A stretch of DNA of 64,000 nt from the IMG/VR virus record IMGVR_UViG_3300030333_002512, positions 1 through 64,000 of that record, one strand, 5' to 3'. Positions 37,921-46,490 of the stretch are shown here, piece by piece (positions within the stretch are counted from its first letter, which is position 1; the number at the start of each line of letters is the position of its first letter). Position numbers and translations under genes: made by a program. This DNA comes from a virus. The notes under the pieces are model-generated. The model saw only the letters and a program-made list of their open reading frames with translations. It had not been told where the DNA came from and searched no databases.

Positions 37921-38388
37921 TCAGTTGCCCTCCGTTACGATGGTGGCAACTAGGCTCTTCTCAGAGCCATCCCATGTCTTGTCCTCAAATAGAGAACGTG
38001 CCGTGTCGTTCATGTGGCCAACAAGGACACTTGCCCATGCTGCGCCATCTTCGTAGTGAGAAGCCTTGCTCCTTCCATGAGGAAGAAGTAGAGCCTGAAT
38101 AACTGGGTCACTGTCAAAAGTGGCAGCCATAGACTCAACAGCCTCAATTGCTCCCTTAATGACAGCCGAAGCCGCATCAGGAAGTGAGAAACCCCTTTGG
38201 TTAGTGGGGCTATCGCTGTAGTCACCAAGTATCAGCCTAATGGCCGTGGTGCAGCGAGCCTGTTTCTTCTCGTTTGCATTCCCTCTCTCAATCATCCTTA
38301 GAACAGTGGTCTTGTCATCTGTGTCTATCTCAGATTTCTTGTCGTTCGCATATGTGGTTACTAATCCGCTAAATTCATTCCAATCCAT
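37921..38388 (-). CDS. Cassette gene (paralog of 37134-37736)
   Basis: 155 aa; AGGAG RBS. Confidence 0.7.
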   Translation of the reverse strand: MDWNEFSGLVTTYANDKKSEIDTDDKTTVLRMIERGNANEKKQARCTTAIRLILGDYSDSPTNQRGFSLPDAASAVIKGAIEAVESMAATFDSDPVIQALLLPHGRSKASHYEDGAAWASVLVGHMNDTARSLFEDKTWDGSEKSLVATIVTEGN

Positions 38389-38468
38389 ATTATCAATCTC
38401 CTGTAAGGTTGTCTACCAACCCTCCTTAGCAATAGAATCTTGGAAAAATAGGTATTTGGGGGCTGACC

Positions 38469-38505
38469 GACAAAGTGTTCCTACCATATGGTTGCTATTT
38501 TTGGT
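38469..38505. repeat. Nested palindrome copy 6 (right arm degenerate)
   Basis: GACAAAGT-GTTCCT-ACCATATGGT-TGCT-ATTTTTGGT. Confidence 0.8.
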
Positions 38506-38795
38506 AGCAGGTAAATGATTCAGGGTAGGGGTAAGTGTCGCCCCGCCCCCATATACCCCCTGCCGAGGATATTTACTGAGGAAATCCATTCCCTTTGAGT
38601 GCATGTCGAATCAATCATACATATCAACATGCACTACGACATGGAGTGAAATTTCACCACCGATATATCCCATGTGGCGAGGCAGTCTAAACTACCTCCC
38701 ATATACTATACTATATTGGTAATAATATTCGTATGAGTATGAGTATCTAGTAAATGGTATGTATAAGATAATCCTTCATGATTGGTTCTCTCACG

Positions 38796-39047
38796 ATATT
38801 CTCATGGATATGAGAGAACTACCCTGCCTGAAAGGGCAGTAGAAGCGATTTAGAGTAATATTATCAATATTCTCATTATTAACATACATTACACACAACA
38901 ACATACTCTTGACCATTCATTATATCTCTCACACAGGCGATGTGTGTGAGAATATTGAGAATATTGAGAATATTCAAGAAAACCGAGGTTAGCCCCACTC
39001 AAACGGCATTTCGGTTCTCTCATCCTCATGTTAGAAACATGAGAATA
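38796..39047. repeat. Iteron-like TGAGAATAT repeats, candidate replication origin
   Basis: Three tandem TGAGAATAT at 38947-38973, inverted ATATTCTCA at 38796 and 38867, a partial copy at 39040; located at the strand switch. Confidence 0.5.
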
Positions 39048-39069
39048 ACAACTCGACACATTGTGGTGA

Positions 39070-39660
39070 CCATTGAATCTTAGCGGAGGAAATGCACAGT
39101 CGGGGCTTAGGGTTTGAGTGTTAAAGAAAGAAGAAGATACAAGGGTTGTCCATCATCCCTGAGAGAGAAGGAAACTTGTTTCCCGATTTTTCTTTGGTGA
39201 GCGGAGTTACTTAGGTTAAGCGAGCATGTTTAACCTACTGTCCGGTATAAGAAGCGTAAGCAGCAGTAGTCGGTATTACAGTAAACAAAATCATTGCACC
39301 TAGTCACGGTGTAATATGCACCCCTGCGCTCAATGGCATAGCACAGTCTTTCTCCCCTAAGCATCCCATTCGATATGTCCGGAACCCCCATATTATTCCG
39401 GATAACTGTAAGGTAGTAATACCAACCTATCGGACTAGGTTTGAGACATCAGTAATTGTTGGTTTTTGTCTTTGGTTTCCAACACCCTAGTTCGTAACAA
39501 CTCACAATGGCCCAGTCAGAACCGCAGTAATGCGGGGTTCATTGTGTGGAATAAAAGGTTCTAGATTGAATTGCACTGTAGGCTCGCATTCGCCTGTTTG
39601 GGGTTCGTCTAGGTAATTAGAAGTAAATAGTGCTGATACTTCTTTCCATTATTTCACATG
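39070..39660 (+). ncRNA. Putative large structured non-coding RNA
   Basis: ORF-free; many hairpins including GUAA tetraloops (GGTA-GTAA-TACC, CCGCA-GTAA-TGCGG) and G-U pairs favouring the plus strand. Boundaries approximate. Confidence 0.4.
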
Positions 39661-39728
39661 ATTAACGACTTGGTTATGCCACTATAAATACCCTCATAAG
39701 CAATGTAATAGTAAAGGAGAATGAAAAT

Positions 39729-40637
39729 ATGTCATTTGGATTGAATAGAAAATGCAACCATGTAATGGAAGATGGCTTCCGTTGCAACAGACCTTTCAGA
39801 GTGAACACAGGTTTGTCTAATGCTGGAATTACTAAGTGTGAAGAACACAGAGTAAAGGTCAACAAAAGCGGTCTTGTAAGAGACAGTCGTGGTTCAGGTA
39901 ACAGACATGTCAAGGCCATTAATCAGAAGGCCATGCATGACTTCGTAGTTGAACAGATGGAAAAGCAAGCCGAAACTCAAAGGCTCTTTGATAGAGTCAA
40001 GCAACTAGAGAGGATGTTCTTCCATAGTGAGGAGAATGAGTCTGAACCTAGACTAAAGAGTCGCGGTGTTTCAGAAGAATCACTTGAGAATCTTCAACAG
40101 GGCAGACCAGAACTTGCGGTGGAGAAGGAGTTCACTTACATGACATTGAACAGTTCTAGATTCAACAAGAAGATGGAGGAGGCTCTGAAGTTCAAGATAA
40201 CTAGTATGTTTGATGCTCATGAACATCCCTTCATGAAGAACCTAGCAACAGTCAACAGTCGTGTGAATTCCGGTATGGAAAACATCGAGACTTTTCGAAA
40301 GTCTACCAAGCCTCTCATCAATAAGATGGCTGAGAAGGCTGACAAACTAGAGGCCAAGTTAGAAAACATGGAAAAGAGGTATGAGATTCTAATGAATTTC
40401 CTGTATGAGTTACTACAACTGAACCCCGAAGTGGAAGGAATAACCTTCGCTCAATTTCTTGCAGCAAGTGGCATTTCCCCTGCTGTCAAAGTAGACGAAG
40501 ACGGTAGGAATGCAGTGGCCCTTACAATAGCGAAGCCTCTTAGGGGTATGCAGCAGATAATAGAGGCTCAAAAAGAAAACGAAAAATTAGTGCGTGAAAA
40601 GTCACGCAAAAATGAACGAAACGAGGAGGAGGAATAA
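39729..40637 (+). CDS. Zn-finger/coiled-coil protein
   Basis: N-terminal C-x8-C...C-x2-H; AAGGAG RBS. Confidence 0.7.
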   Translation: MSFGLNRKCNHVMEDGFRCNRPFRVNTGLSNAGITKCEEHRVKVNKSGLVRDSRGSGNRHVKAINQKAMHDFVVEQMEKQAETQRLFDRVKQLERMFFHSEENESEPRLKSRGVSEESLENLQQGRPELAVEKEFTYMTLNSSRFNKKMEEALKFKITSMFDAHEHPFMKNLATVNSRVNSGMENIETFRKSTKPLINKMAEKADKLEAKLENMEKRYEILMNFLYELLQLNPEVEGITFAQFLAASGISPAVKVDEDGRNAVALTIAKPLRGMQQIIEAQKENEKLVREKSRKNERNEEEE

Positions 40638-40639
40638 TT

Positions 40640-40701
40640 TGTCTTGTTTGCTACGTTAAATATTGGATGTTAGCGTAGCAAATAAGACACCAAATTTTTT
40701 T
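40640..40701 (+). terminator. Long hairpin plus T-run
   Basis: TGTCTTGTTTGCTACGTTAA / TTAGCGTAGCAAATAAGACA followed by a poly-T run. Confidence 0.6.
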
Positions 40702-40871
40702 ACGATTTTAACAGTAGATATTTTATTTCAAAATAAATATAAAATTGTAATTCAAGATATAGATAGTCGAGAAGAAGACGAGAATCTTTGTCCAGAGTTT
40801 TTGCACAAAACGTGTGAAACTTTGAGGGAGGTTTGTCGTTTTCTTTTTTGAAATTAAAAGGAGAAAAAATA

Positions 40872-42314
40872 ATGATAGTAGGAACAGAACAACAAGAAGC
40901 AATATGGAACGAGATGGAGAATGGCAACAGTCACATCATCGTGGATGCCAAGGCCGGAACAGGTAAGACATTCACGATTGTTGAGGGTGCGAATCGCATA
41001 CCTAATCAGACGAAGTTATTCTTGGCTTTCAATAAGTCAATAGCAACTGAGATTGGTGGCAAACTACCATTGGACTGTGAGGCCAAGACCTTTCATGCCC
41101 TTGGTATGGGTGCGCTAAAGAGGGAATTCCCAAATGCCAAGATGGAATTCAAGAAGGATGACAACATAGTGAAGGCAGTAATGGGTAAGGACTACAAGTC
41201 TAAGCCACAATTGAAGAAACTCATATCACTGATGAAGTCAACAATGGGTGATTGGAGTGACCAAGAATTCATCAAACTACTCATAGACCATTACGGGATA
41301 GAGTTTGATGGTGTTCGTGAGAAGAACAATGCAATACTCAAGATGCCCAAGATGTTTGACATGAGTGTTGATGTGAACATCTTCAACTTTGATGATATGA
41401 TATGGCTACCACTTGTATTGGATTTGTCTCTAAAGCACTACGATGTGGTGTTTGTAGATGAGGCTCAAGATTTCAATGAGGCTCAAAGGAGACTAATACT
41501 CAAAACTTGCAATGGTGGTAGGATGATAATTGTCGGTGACCCAAAACAAGCAATCTATGGATTTAGAGGAGCAGACTCAAGAAGCATGTCTTTGTTTGAG
41601 GATGCAATTTCAACCCATCAAAGGGGAACCAAGACTTTCCCGCTTACTGTATCTTGGAGATGCCCAATCGCAGTAGTTGAAGAGGCTAACAGATTCGTTG
41701 AGGATTTCCAAGCAGCACCTAATGCCATTGAAGGAGAGGTGAATGTCGATGTGAGACTTACCCCGAAGGTTGGAGATTTGGTTCTTTGTAGAGTCAATGC
41801 TCCATTAGTCAGCCATTGCTTTAGACTGATAACTCAAGGTGTTGCAGCATATGTTCTAGGTAGGGACATAGGGCAATCACTACAGGCATTAATCAAGAAG
41901 GCAACCAAGGACTTCTCAATGGACATTGCTTCTTTCAAGGTAGCACTGACTAAGTATGTTGATGCTCAAGTTGACCTACTAATGTCACAAGACAAAGAGG
42001 CTATGGTTTATGCCATCCAAGACAGGAGAGATTGTCTCTTTGCTCTAATGTCTAACGATGTTAGAACCGTGAAGGGTTTGTCTGATAATGTCAAGGCTAT
42101 CTTTGATGATGGTAAGAAAGCAGGTGTTGTCTTCTCTACTATTCACAAGGCCAAGGGACTTGAAGCAGATAACGTGTGGATTCTATCTCCGGATAAGATG
42201 CCACATCCAATGGCCAAGACTGAAGAAGGTGTAGAGCAAGAATACAATCTATGCTACGTTGCCGTAACTAGAGCGAAAAAGGTTCTGAATTACTGTGGGA
42301 GGCGAGTAGGTTGA
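40872..42314 (+). CDS. UvrD/Rep-like SF1 helicase
   Basis: AKAGTGKT, LAFNK, VDEAQD, VGDPKQAIYGFRGA, STIHKAKGLE, YVAVTRAK; start re-set behind the AAGGAG RBS. Confidence 0.92.
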   Translation: MIVGTEQQEAIWNEMENGNSHIIVDAKAGTGKTFTIVEGANRIPNQTKLFLAFNKSIATEIGGKLPLDCEAKTFHALGMGALKREFPNAKMEFKKDDNIVKAVMGKDYKSKPQLKKLISLMKSTMGDWSDQEFIKLLIDHYGIEFDGVREKNNAILKMPKMFDMSVDVNIFNFDDMIWLPLVLDLSLKHYDVVFVDEAQDFNEAQRRLILKTCNGGRMIIVGDPKQAIYGFRGADSRSMSLFEDAISTHQRGTKTFPLTVSWRCPIAVVEEANRFVEDFQAAPNAIEGEVNVDVRLTPKVGDLVLCRVNAPLVSHCFRLITQGVAAYVLGRDIGQSLQALIKKATKDFSMDIASFKVALTKYVDAQVDLLMSQDKEAMVYAIQDRRDCLFALMSNDVRTVKGLSDNVKAIFDDGKKAGVVFSTIHKAKGLEADNVWILSPDKMPHPMAKTEEGVEQEYNLCYVAVTRAKKVLNYCGRRVG

Positions 42315-42694
42315 GTCCGAAGACTGGTGATGACAACAATCCTGAAACTTGGTTTCCAAATAAGAAAGAGGGAATCAAGACCTACATGCTGGCACAATCG
42401 CTGGACAAGTCTCAGTTTATGTTCTTCAACTTGAGAAACATAGCAACAATCACATTCAGCATTTGTTGGGATGAGTCTTCCATTTGGAAGAACTACCTGC
42501 AAAGGTGTCAGGTGTTTGGTTGGGAACCTGCAACTAAAGGTATCCTGATGAGAATATCACATCCGAATGGTAAGGAGGATAGGCTGCTGATAAGCAGAAA
42601 GAAACAACGAGAGATTATCAAGAAGTTGAAGGAATTGATGACTCTTGATTTTAATGAGAATGAAACGGAATTACAATGGGGAGAAGAGGAATGA
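42311..42694 (+). CDS. Hypothetical protein
   Basis: Coupled ORF. Confidence 0.5.
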   Translation: MSPKTGDDNNPETWFPNKKEGIKTYMLAQSLDKSQFMFFNLRNIATITFSICWDESSIWKNYLQRCQVFGWEPATKGILMRISHPNGKEDRLLISRKKQREIIKKLKELMTLDFNENETELQWGEEE

Positions 42695-42888
42695 ATATAG
42701 AAATGAAGGAATGTGATATCTGTGGTGGCCCCATTGATATTCACTACAAAGAAGATGGAACACCTTATTGGACAGAAGGACATAACGCCCAACCTGTTGT
42801 AGATGGAAGGTGTTGTGATAAGTGTCAGAATGAGGTTGTCTTACCTACTAGATTGGCTGCAATTTTTAGGAGATATGAAGATGAGTGA
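42691..42888 (+). CDS. Small Zn-finger protein
   Basis: CDIC...GHNAQP...GRCCDKC. Confidence 0.6.
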   Translation: MNIEMKECDICGGPIDIHYKEDGTPYWTEGHNAQPVVDGRCCDKCQNEVVLPTRLAAIFRRYEDE

Positions 42889-43039
42889 GTGTAAGATGTG
42901 TAATGGTAGTGGAACCATTTTAGTTAGATGTCATTATCATGGTGATATCAGTCATGCAGAACCATGTATCTGTCACTATGAAAACTACTTCATGCAAATA
43001 CATGCGATTAATGATGACACAGTAATGGAGGAAGAATAA
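42881..43039 (+). CDS. Small Zn-finger protein (DnaJ-type CxxCxGxG)
   Basis: CKMCNGSG...PCIC. Confidence 0.5.
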   Translation: MSECKMCNGSGTILVRCHYHGDISHAEPCICHYENYFMQIHAINDDTVMEEE

Positions 43040-43383
43040 TGAGAATGTGGATGATAGACCCAAAGATGATGTGTAACCAACACTTGTTAGGAGAACATGG
43101 AGAACTGCATAAGTTCATTCCTAGTTTCCATAAGAAGTATAGTGTTACCAAGAGAATAGAACCTGTGGTTCAAATAGAACTCTCCTCTTATCAGGAGAGA
43201 CATGATGAACTAGCAGAAGAGATGTTGCGTAGAGGTATGAACCATAAGTCACCTTTACCAACATTACCAGATTTTTCGTATCTGCCTGATGAGCATTACA
43301 ATGCCAAGGTGGATATTGAGAACAGTATTGAGGATTTGAAAAATAGATGTCCTCAATGCAAAATTAAATTGGAGGCAGAATAA
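43039..43383 (+). CDS. Pyrimidine dimer DNA glycosylase / endonuclease V-like
   Basis: MRMWMIDP...QHLLGEHGELH...RHDELAEEMLRRG.NH.SP family signature. Confidence 0.8.
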   Translation: MRMWMIDPKMMCNQHLLGEHGELHKFIPSFHKKYSVTKRIEPVVQIELSSYQERHDELAEEMLRRGMNHKSPLPTLPDFSYLPDEHYNAKVDIENSIEDLKNRCPQCKIKLEAE

Positions 43384-43607
43384 TGGAGAAAGCACCGGGA
43401 ACAGGAAACAGTCAGATAGAATTGGACTTTGATAACAAGTATGACAACGAGCCTCCTATTAGGGAATGGCTAGTTGTTAAGATAGTTGAATCAACTAAGG
43501 TAATTGAAGCAGTAACAGAAGAAGAAGCAAAGGAGATAGCAAGTATGACAGACGATGAAGAGTTTGAAGTTGAGGGACATCGCTTTGAAGTGATGGAGGA
43601 ATACTGA
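43383..43607 (+). CDS. Acidic hypothetical protein
   Basis: IEAVTEEEAKEIA, a common small phage protein pattern. Confidence 0.55.
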   Translation: MEKAPGTGNSQIELDFDNKYDNEPPIREWLVVKIVESTKVIEAVTEEEAKEIASMTDDEEFEVEGHRFEVMEEY

Positions 43608-43877
43608 TGTTAGACAGGATATTTATTTGGTGTATAGTCATAGTTTTCTGCCCACTTCTGATACCGATACTACTGCTTGTTGATGACGATGCTAGAACAG
43701 GGTCAACAGGAGGATACAACTGGATGAAGGGAGATGGTAGCGAATGAGTGATGAGATAGAAAAATGGAGCGAGAAGCATTTTGGTGAACTCGCTTTTTGG
43801 AGGACAATCGCGGCAGGTGTGAATATCATCCTGTCAACGATAGTAATAGCCAAGTTATTTGGCTGGATATAGGAGAG

Positions 43878-44123
43878 ATGAAAATGGAAGAACAAGAAAC
43901 AAATGTAGAATTTAGGTTAGTTCAAGATGAAGAACTACCGCCAATAGTAATAACGCAGAACGATAATGATGAAGTGAAGGTCGTGGTGAATACACACCAC
44001 AAGATATGGCTTTCACTACATAGGAAAACGATAGGAGGAATATCGAAGCCACTATTCGAAAAGTTGGATATAGTGCTAACTTCCATCCTTCGTGAGCAAA
44101 GGAGGGATGAACTCTTTGAATGA
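43878..44123 (+). CDS. Hypothetical protein
   Basis: Start placed behind the AGGAG RBS. Confidence 0.5.
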   Translation: MKMEEQETNVEFRLVQDEELPPIVITQNDNDEVKVVVNTHHKIWLSLHRKTIGGISKPLFEKLDIVLTSILREQRRDELFE

Positions 44124-44727
44124 TGAATTTGATGATTTCAGCGACCATGATGATGAGAACCCTGAATGGAATTCTGATATGCTCATGCTTCCCAAGGAAG
44201 ACGTTGAGAGGATGACAGACTTCATCTCAAAGTTGGGAGGTTCTAAGAAGATACTCACTCAGATGAGAGAAACGAATGTAGAGATGGCACAAGTCTTCCT
44301 TGACGAGATTAAGAAGAAGGAATTGACGATTGCACAACTACAATTCGCGTTTGAGCATGTGTTGAGATTGTTGATTCTGTCTAAGAGACAAGGCTCTCAG
44401 ATAAACATCAAGAAAAAAGAAATCGTCAAAATGATTGACAATGATATGCATTTGGGCGATTTCAGAGTGGGTGGTGAATTTATCTTCATCCCTTCGGCTT
44501 TATCTGATAGTAGTGATTTAACATATAAACAACACACAGGTAAAGACATTAAATGGGATATTGATAATTCAGCAGAAGATGAAATAGTGACAACGGAAAT
44601 TGTAAAGTTTCTGTTGAACATCACTACTCAAGTGATAAGTCAAAACGATGAGGATAGAAGCACATTCAAAGATAGGATGATTGCGAAATTAGATAAAATA
44701 GCAAAAGGTGAAAAGAATGGAAATTGA
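44092..44727 (+). CDS. Hypothetical protein
   Basis: About 200 aa; start uncertain. Confidence 0.55.
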   Translation: MSKGGMNSLNDEFDDFSDHDDENPEWNSDMLMLPKEDVERMTDFISKLGGSKKILTQMRETNVEMAQVFLDEIKKKELTIAQLQFAFEHVLRLLILSKRQGSQINIKKKEIVKMIDNDMHLGDFRVGGEFIFIPSALSDSSDLTYKQHTGKDIKWDIDNSAEDEIVTTEIVKFLLNITTQVISQNDEDRSTFKDRMIAKLDKIAKGEKNGN

Positions 44728-45826
44728 AGAAGGAAATAATTACCCTAGATTAACGTCTAGGTTATTGGAGTTGTCTCATGCAGATGACTATGAAGAAGCA
44801 AAATTGGAATGGAGAATAACAGGAAGGGTTTGGAGAGACACTGCTTATGGGGCAACTCATGAGTTAGTAGTTAATCACCCATCGGGACATGCAGGTGCTT
44901 GTCTTTGTGGACACCCGATTGTATATCATTTTGAGATAGAGAATACTGTGACAGATGTTAGAGAGATTGTAGGTTCAACCTGCATTAACAACTGGATGGT
45001 TCTTCGGCATATGAATGAGGTATTGAAGATACCAAAGGATGCTATCACAGAAGAGAAGATAGAGGAGTGGAAGAAGATGACAGTTGAGGGTCTTATTCGA
45101 AATGCCTTTTGGGATTCTGATGAAGGACAAGACTTCAAGGAAACCTTTGAGGAATTGAAGGAGTATGACCTACGACTAAATGTTAGGGTGACAGATAAGA
45201 CCTACTTCGATGAGAAGGTTGCAGAAGTTAGACCACTAACTGTTCTTCGTAAGTCAGGTTCCGGTAAGTTTGGTTCTCCTGATTATCAGATGGCTTCTAT
45301 CGTATGGAGATGGAATCATCCTGAGAATCCTAGAAACCAACAGACGACAAGAGGCTATCCTAATGATAGGCTTTGTAATGACTTGATGTTATTCGATGCT
45401 CTAATTGATGAGCATCTTCCTAAACTAGAAGCGGAGGATGAATACATCGAGAGTCGAACAGAATTCCTTGCGGGACTAACACAAGATAATCTCACAAGAC
45501 TTCGTGAGGAATTTGCTGAGTCTGCTGAGAATGTGAAATTCATGGAGGCCTGTAATTACTATGGGTTCCCAATATGGAAAGCAACAGATGGGAATAACAT
45601 GTGGGAGAAGTCTTTCCTCAGTGATATGAGAAAGAGATTCATCAATGGGAAGGAGCCTACCGAAAGGCAGTGCAACAGGTTGATAACCATCCTCTTTCCT
45701 CAAGAGATTGCGGCAACTGAGAGGCAAGTGACTTATCTGAAAGACCTTGGATACGAAGGTGACCCATCCACATTGAGTAAGAAAGACGCTTCCAAACAAA
45801 TTGATGAATTGTTGAAAAGGAGATGA
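44717..45826 (+). CDS. Zn-binding hypothetical protein
   Basis: CLCGHPI...GSTCI; C-terminal ATERQ..YL..LG...ASKQID helical motif. Confidence 0.7.
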   Translation: MEIEEGNNYPRLTSRLLELSHADDYEEAKLEWRITGRVWRDTAYGATHELVVNHPSGHAGACLCGHPIVYHFEIENTVTDVREIVGSTCINNWMVLRHMNEVLKIPKDAITEEKIEEWKKMTVEGLIRNAFWDSDEGQDFKETFEELKEYDLRLNVRVTDKTYFDEKVAEVRPLTVLRKSGSGKFGSPDYQMASIVWRWNHPENPRNQQTTRGYPNDRLCNDLMLFDALIDEHLPKLEAEDEYIESRTEFLAGLTQDNLTRLREEFAESAENVKFMEACNYYGFPIWKATDGNNMWEKSFLSDMRKRFINGKEPTERQCNRLITILFPQEIAATERQVTYLKDLGYEGDPSTLSKKDASKQIDELLKRR

Positions 45827-46089
45827 AAAGAATGGCAAAGAAGAAAGAAGAAGCAAAAACGAATGACGAGGGTAATGATGCCTTGTTGCAGAACATAGAC
45901 GTTCTGACTGCAAATAACAATCAGTTGCAGCAGACTGCTCAAAGTGCAATAACGCAACTGCAAAGTTACATGGGACTTTGTTCTCAATACGAGAAGACTA
46001 TTCAGTTAATGGGGGGTCGAATCGAGGAGATGAAGTTGCAGGTAGCGCAGTTGCAGCAACAGATGCAGCAAATGCAGTCGCAAGGCTAA
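45823..46089 (+). CDS. Q-rich coiled-coil protein
   Basis: 88 aa with heptad pattern. Confidence 0.6.
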   Translation: MKRMAKKKEEAKTNDEGNDALLQNIDVLTANNNQLQQTAQSAITQLQSYMGLCSQYEKTIQLMGGRIEEMKLQVAQLQQQMQQMQSQG

Positions 46090-46113
46090 TCATTCAAAAT
46101 AAAAATAGGAGGT

Positions 46114-46329
46114 ATGTGTTTGAGATTGAGAATAATGAACGACACTGGCCACACCACGTTGGAAGAGGTATCTGCAACCGAAATGGTTGAGCAGATAACA
46201 GACCACCCTACCCATTGGGTATATGTTGATGGAGAAATGGTAACGAGAGAAGCCATTCAGAACAACGAGATAGATTGGGCAACGGTCAACGATGTCAACT
46301 TGGTTCAGGCTATAGTCGGTGGATGCTAG
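46114..46329 (+). CDS. Ubiquitin-like (beta-grasp, ThiS/SAMP-like) protein ending GG-C
   Basis: 71 aa; WVYVDGE...VNLVQAIVGGC matches the ThiS/MoaD/SAMP C-terminal pattern with one residue after GG; AGGAGG RBS. Confidence 0.75.
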   Translation: MCLRLRIMNDTGHTTLEEVSATEMVEQITDHPTHWVYVDGEMVTREAIQNNEIDWATVNDVNLVQAIVGGC

Positions 46330-46490
46330 AACATTCCCCGATGCCGGAATAAACGTAACCCGCTAATGGGGTATATCTTTGTTAGCGGTAACTTCTAAGT
46401 AGTATCTATTCTACGCTTAGAGTCCTAAACATGGGTTAAATGTCAATTGGGTGAAAGGCCCAAAACTAAATCAAAAAAGGAGAGAAAAAT

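Noticed and set aside
35013-38505. CRISPR array
   Set aside because: Repeats are 500-900 bp apart and separated by whole genes, internal bases vary, and no cas genes are present.
39080-39400. RNase P RNA (GGAGGAAA start)
   Set aside because: The GAGGAAAGUCC core and the matching 3' conserved region are not present.
39318-39420. tRNA gene (GCTCAATGGCATAGC resembles a D-arm)
   Set aside because: No properly spaced T-arm (GTTCRA) or acceptor stem could be built; treated as part of the putative ncRNA.
46330-46490. Cobalamin riboswitch upstream of nrdJ
   Set aside because: No B12-box or other conserved cobalamin riboswitch motifs are visible.
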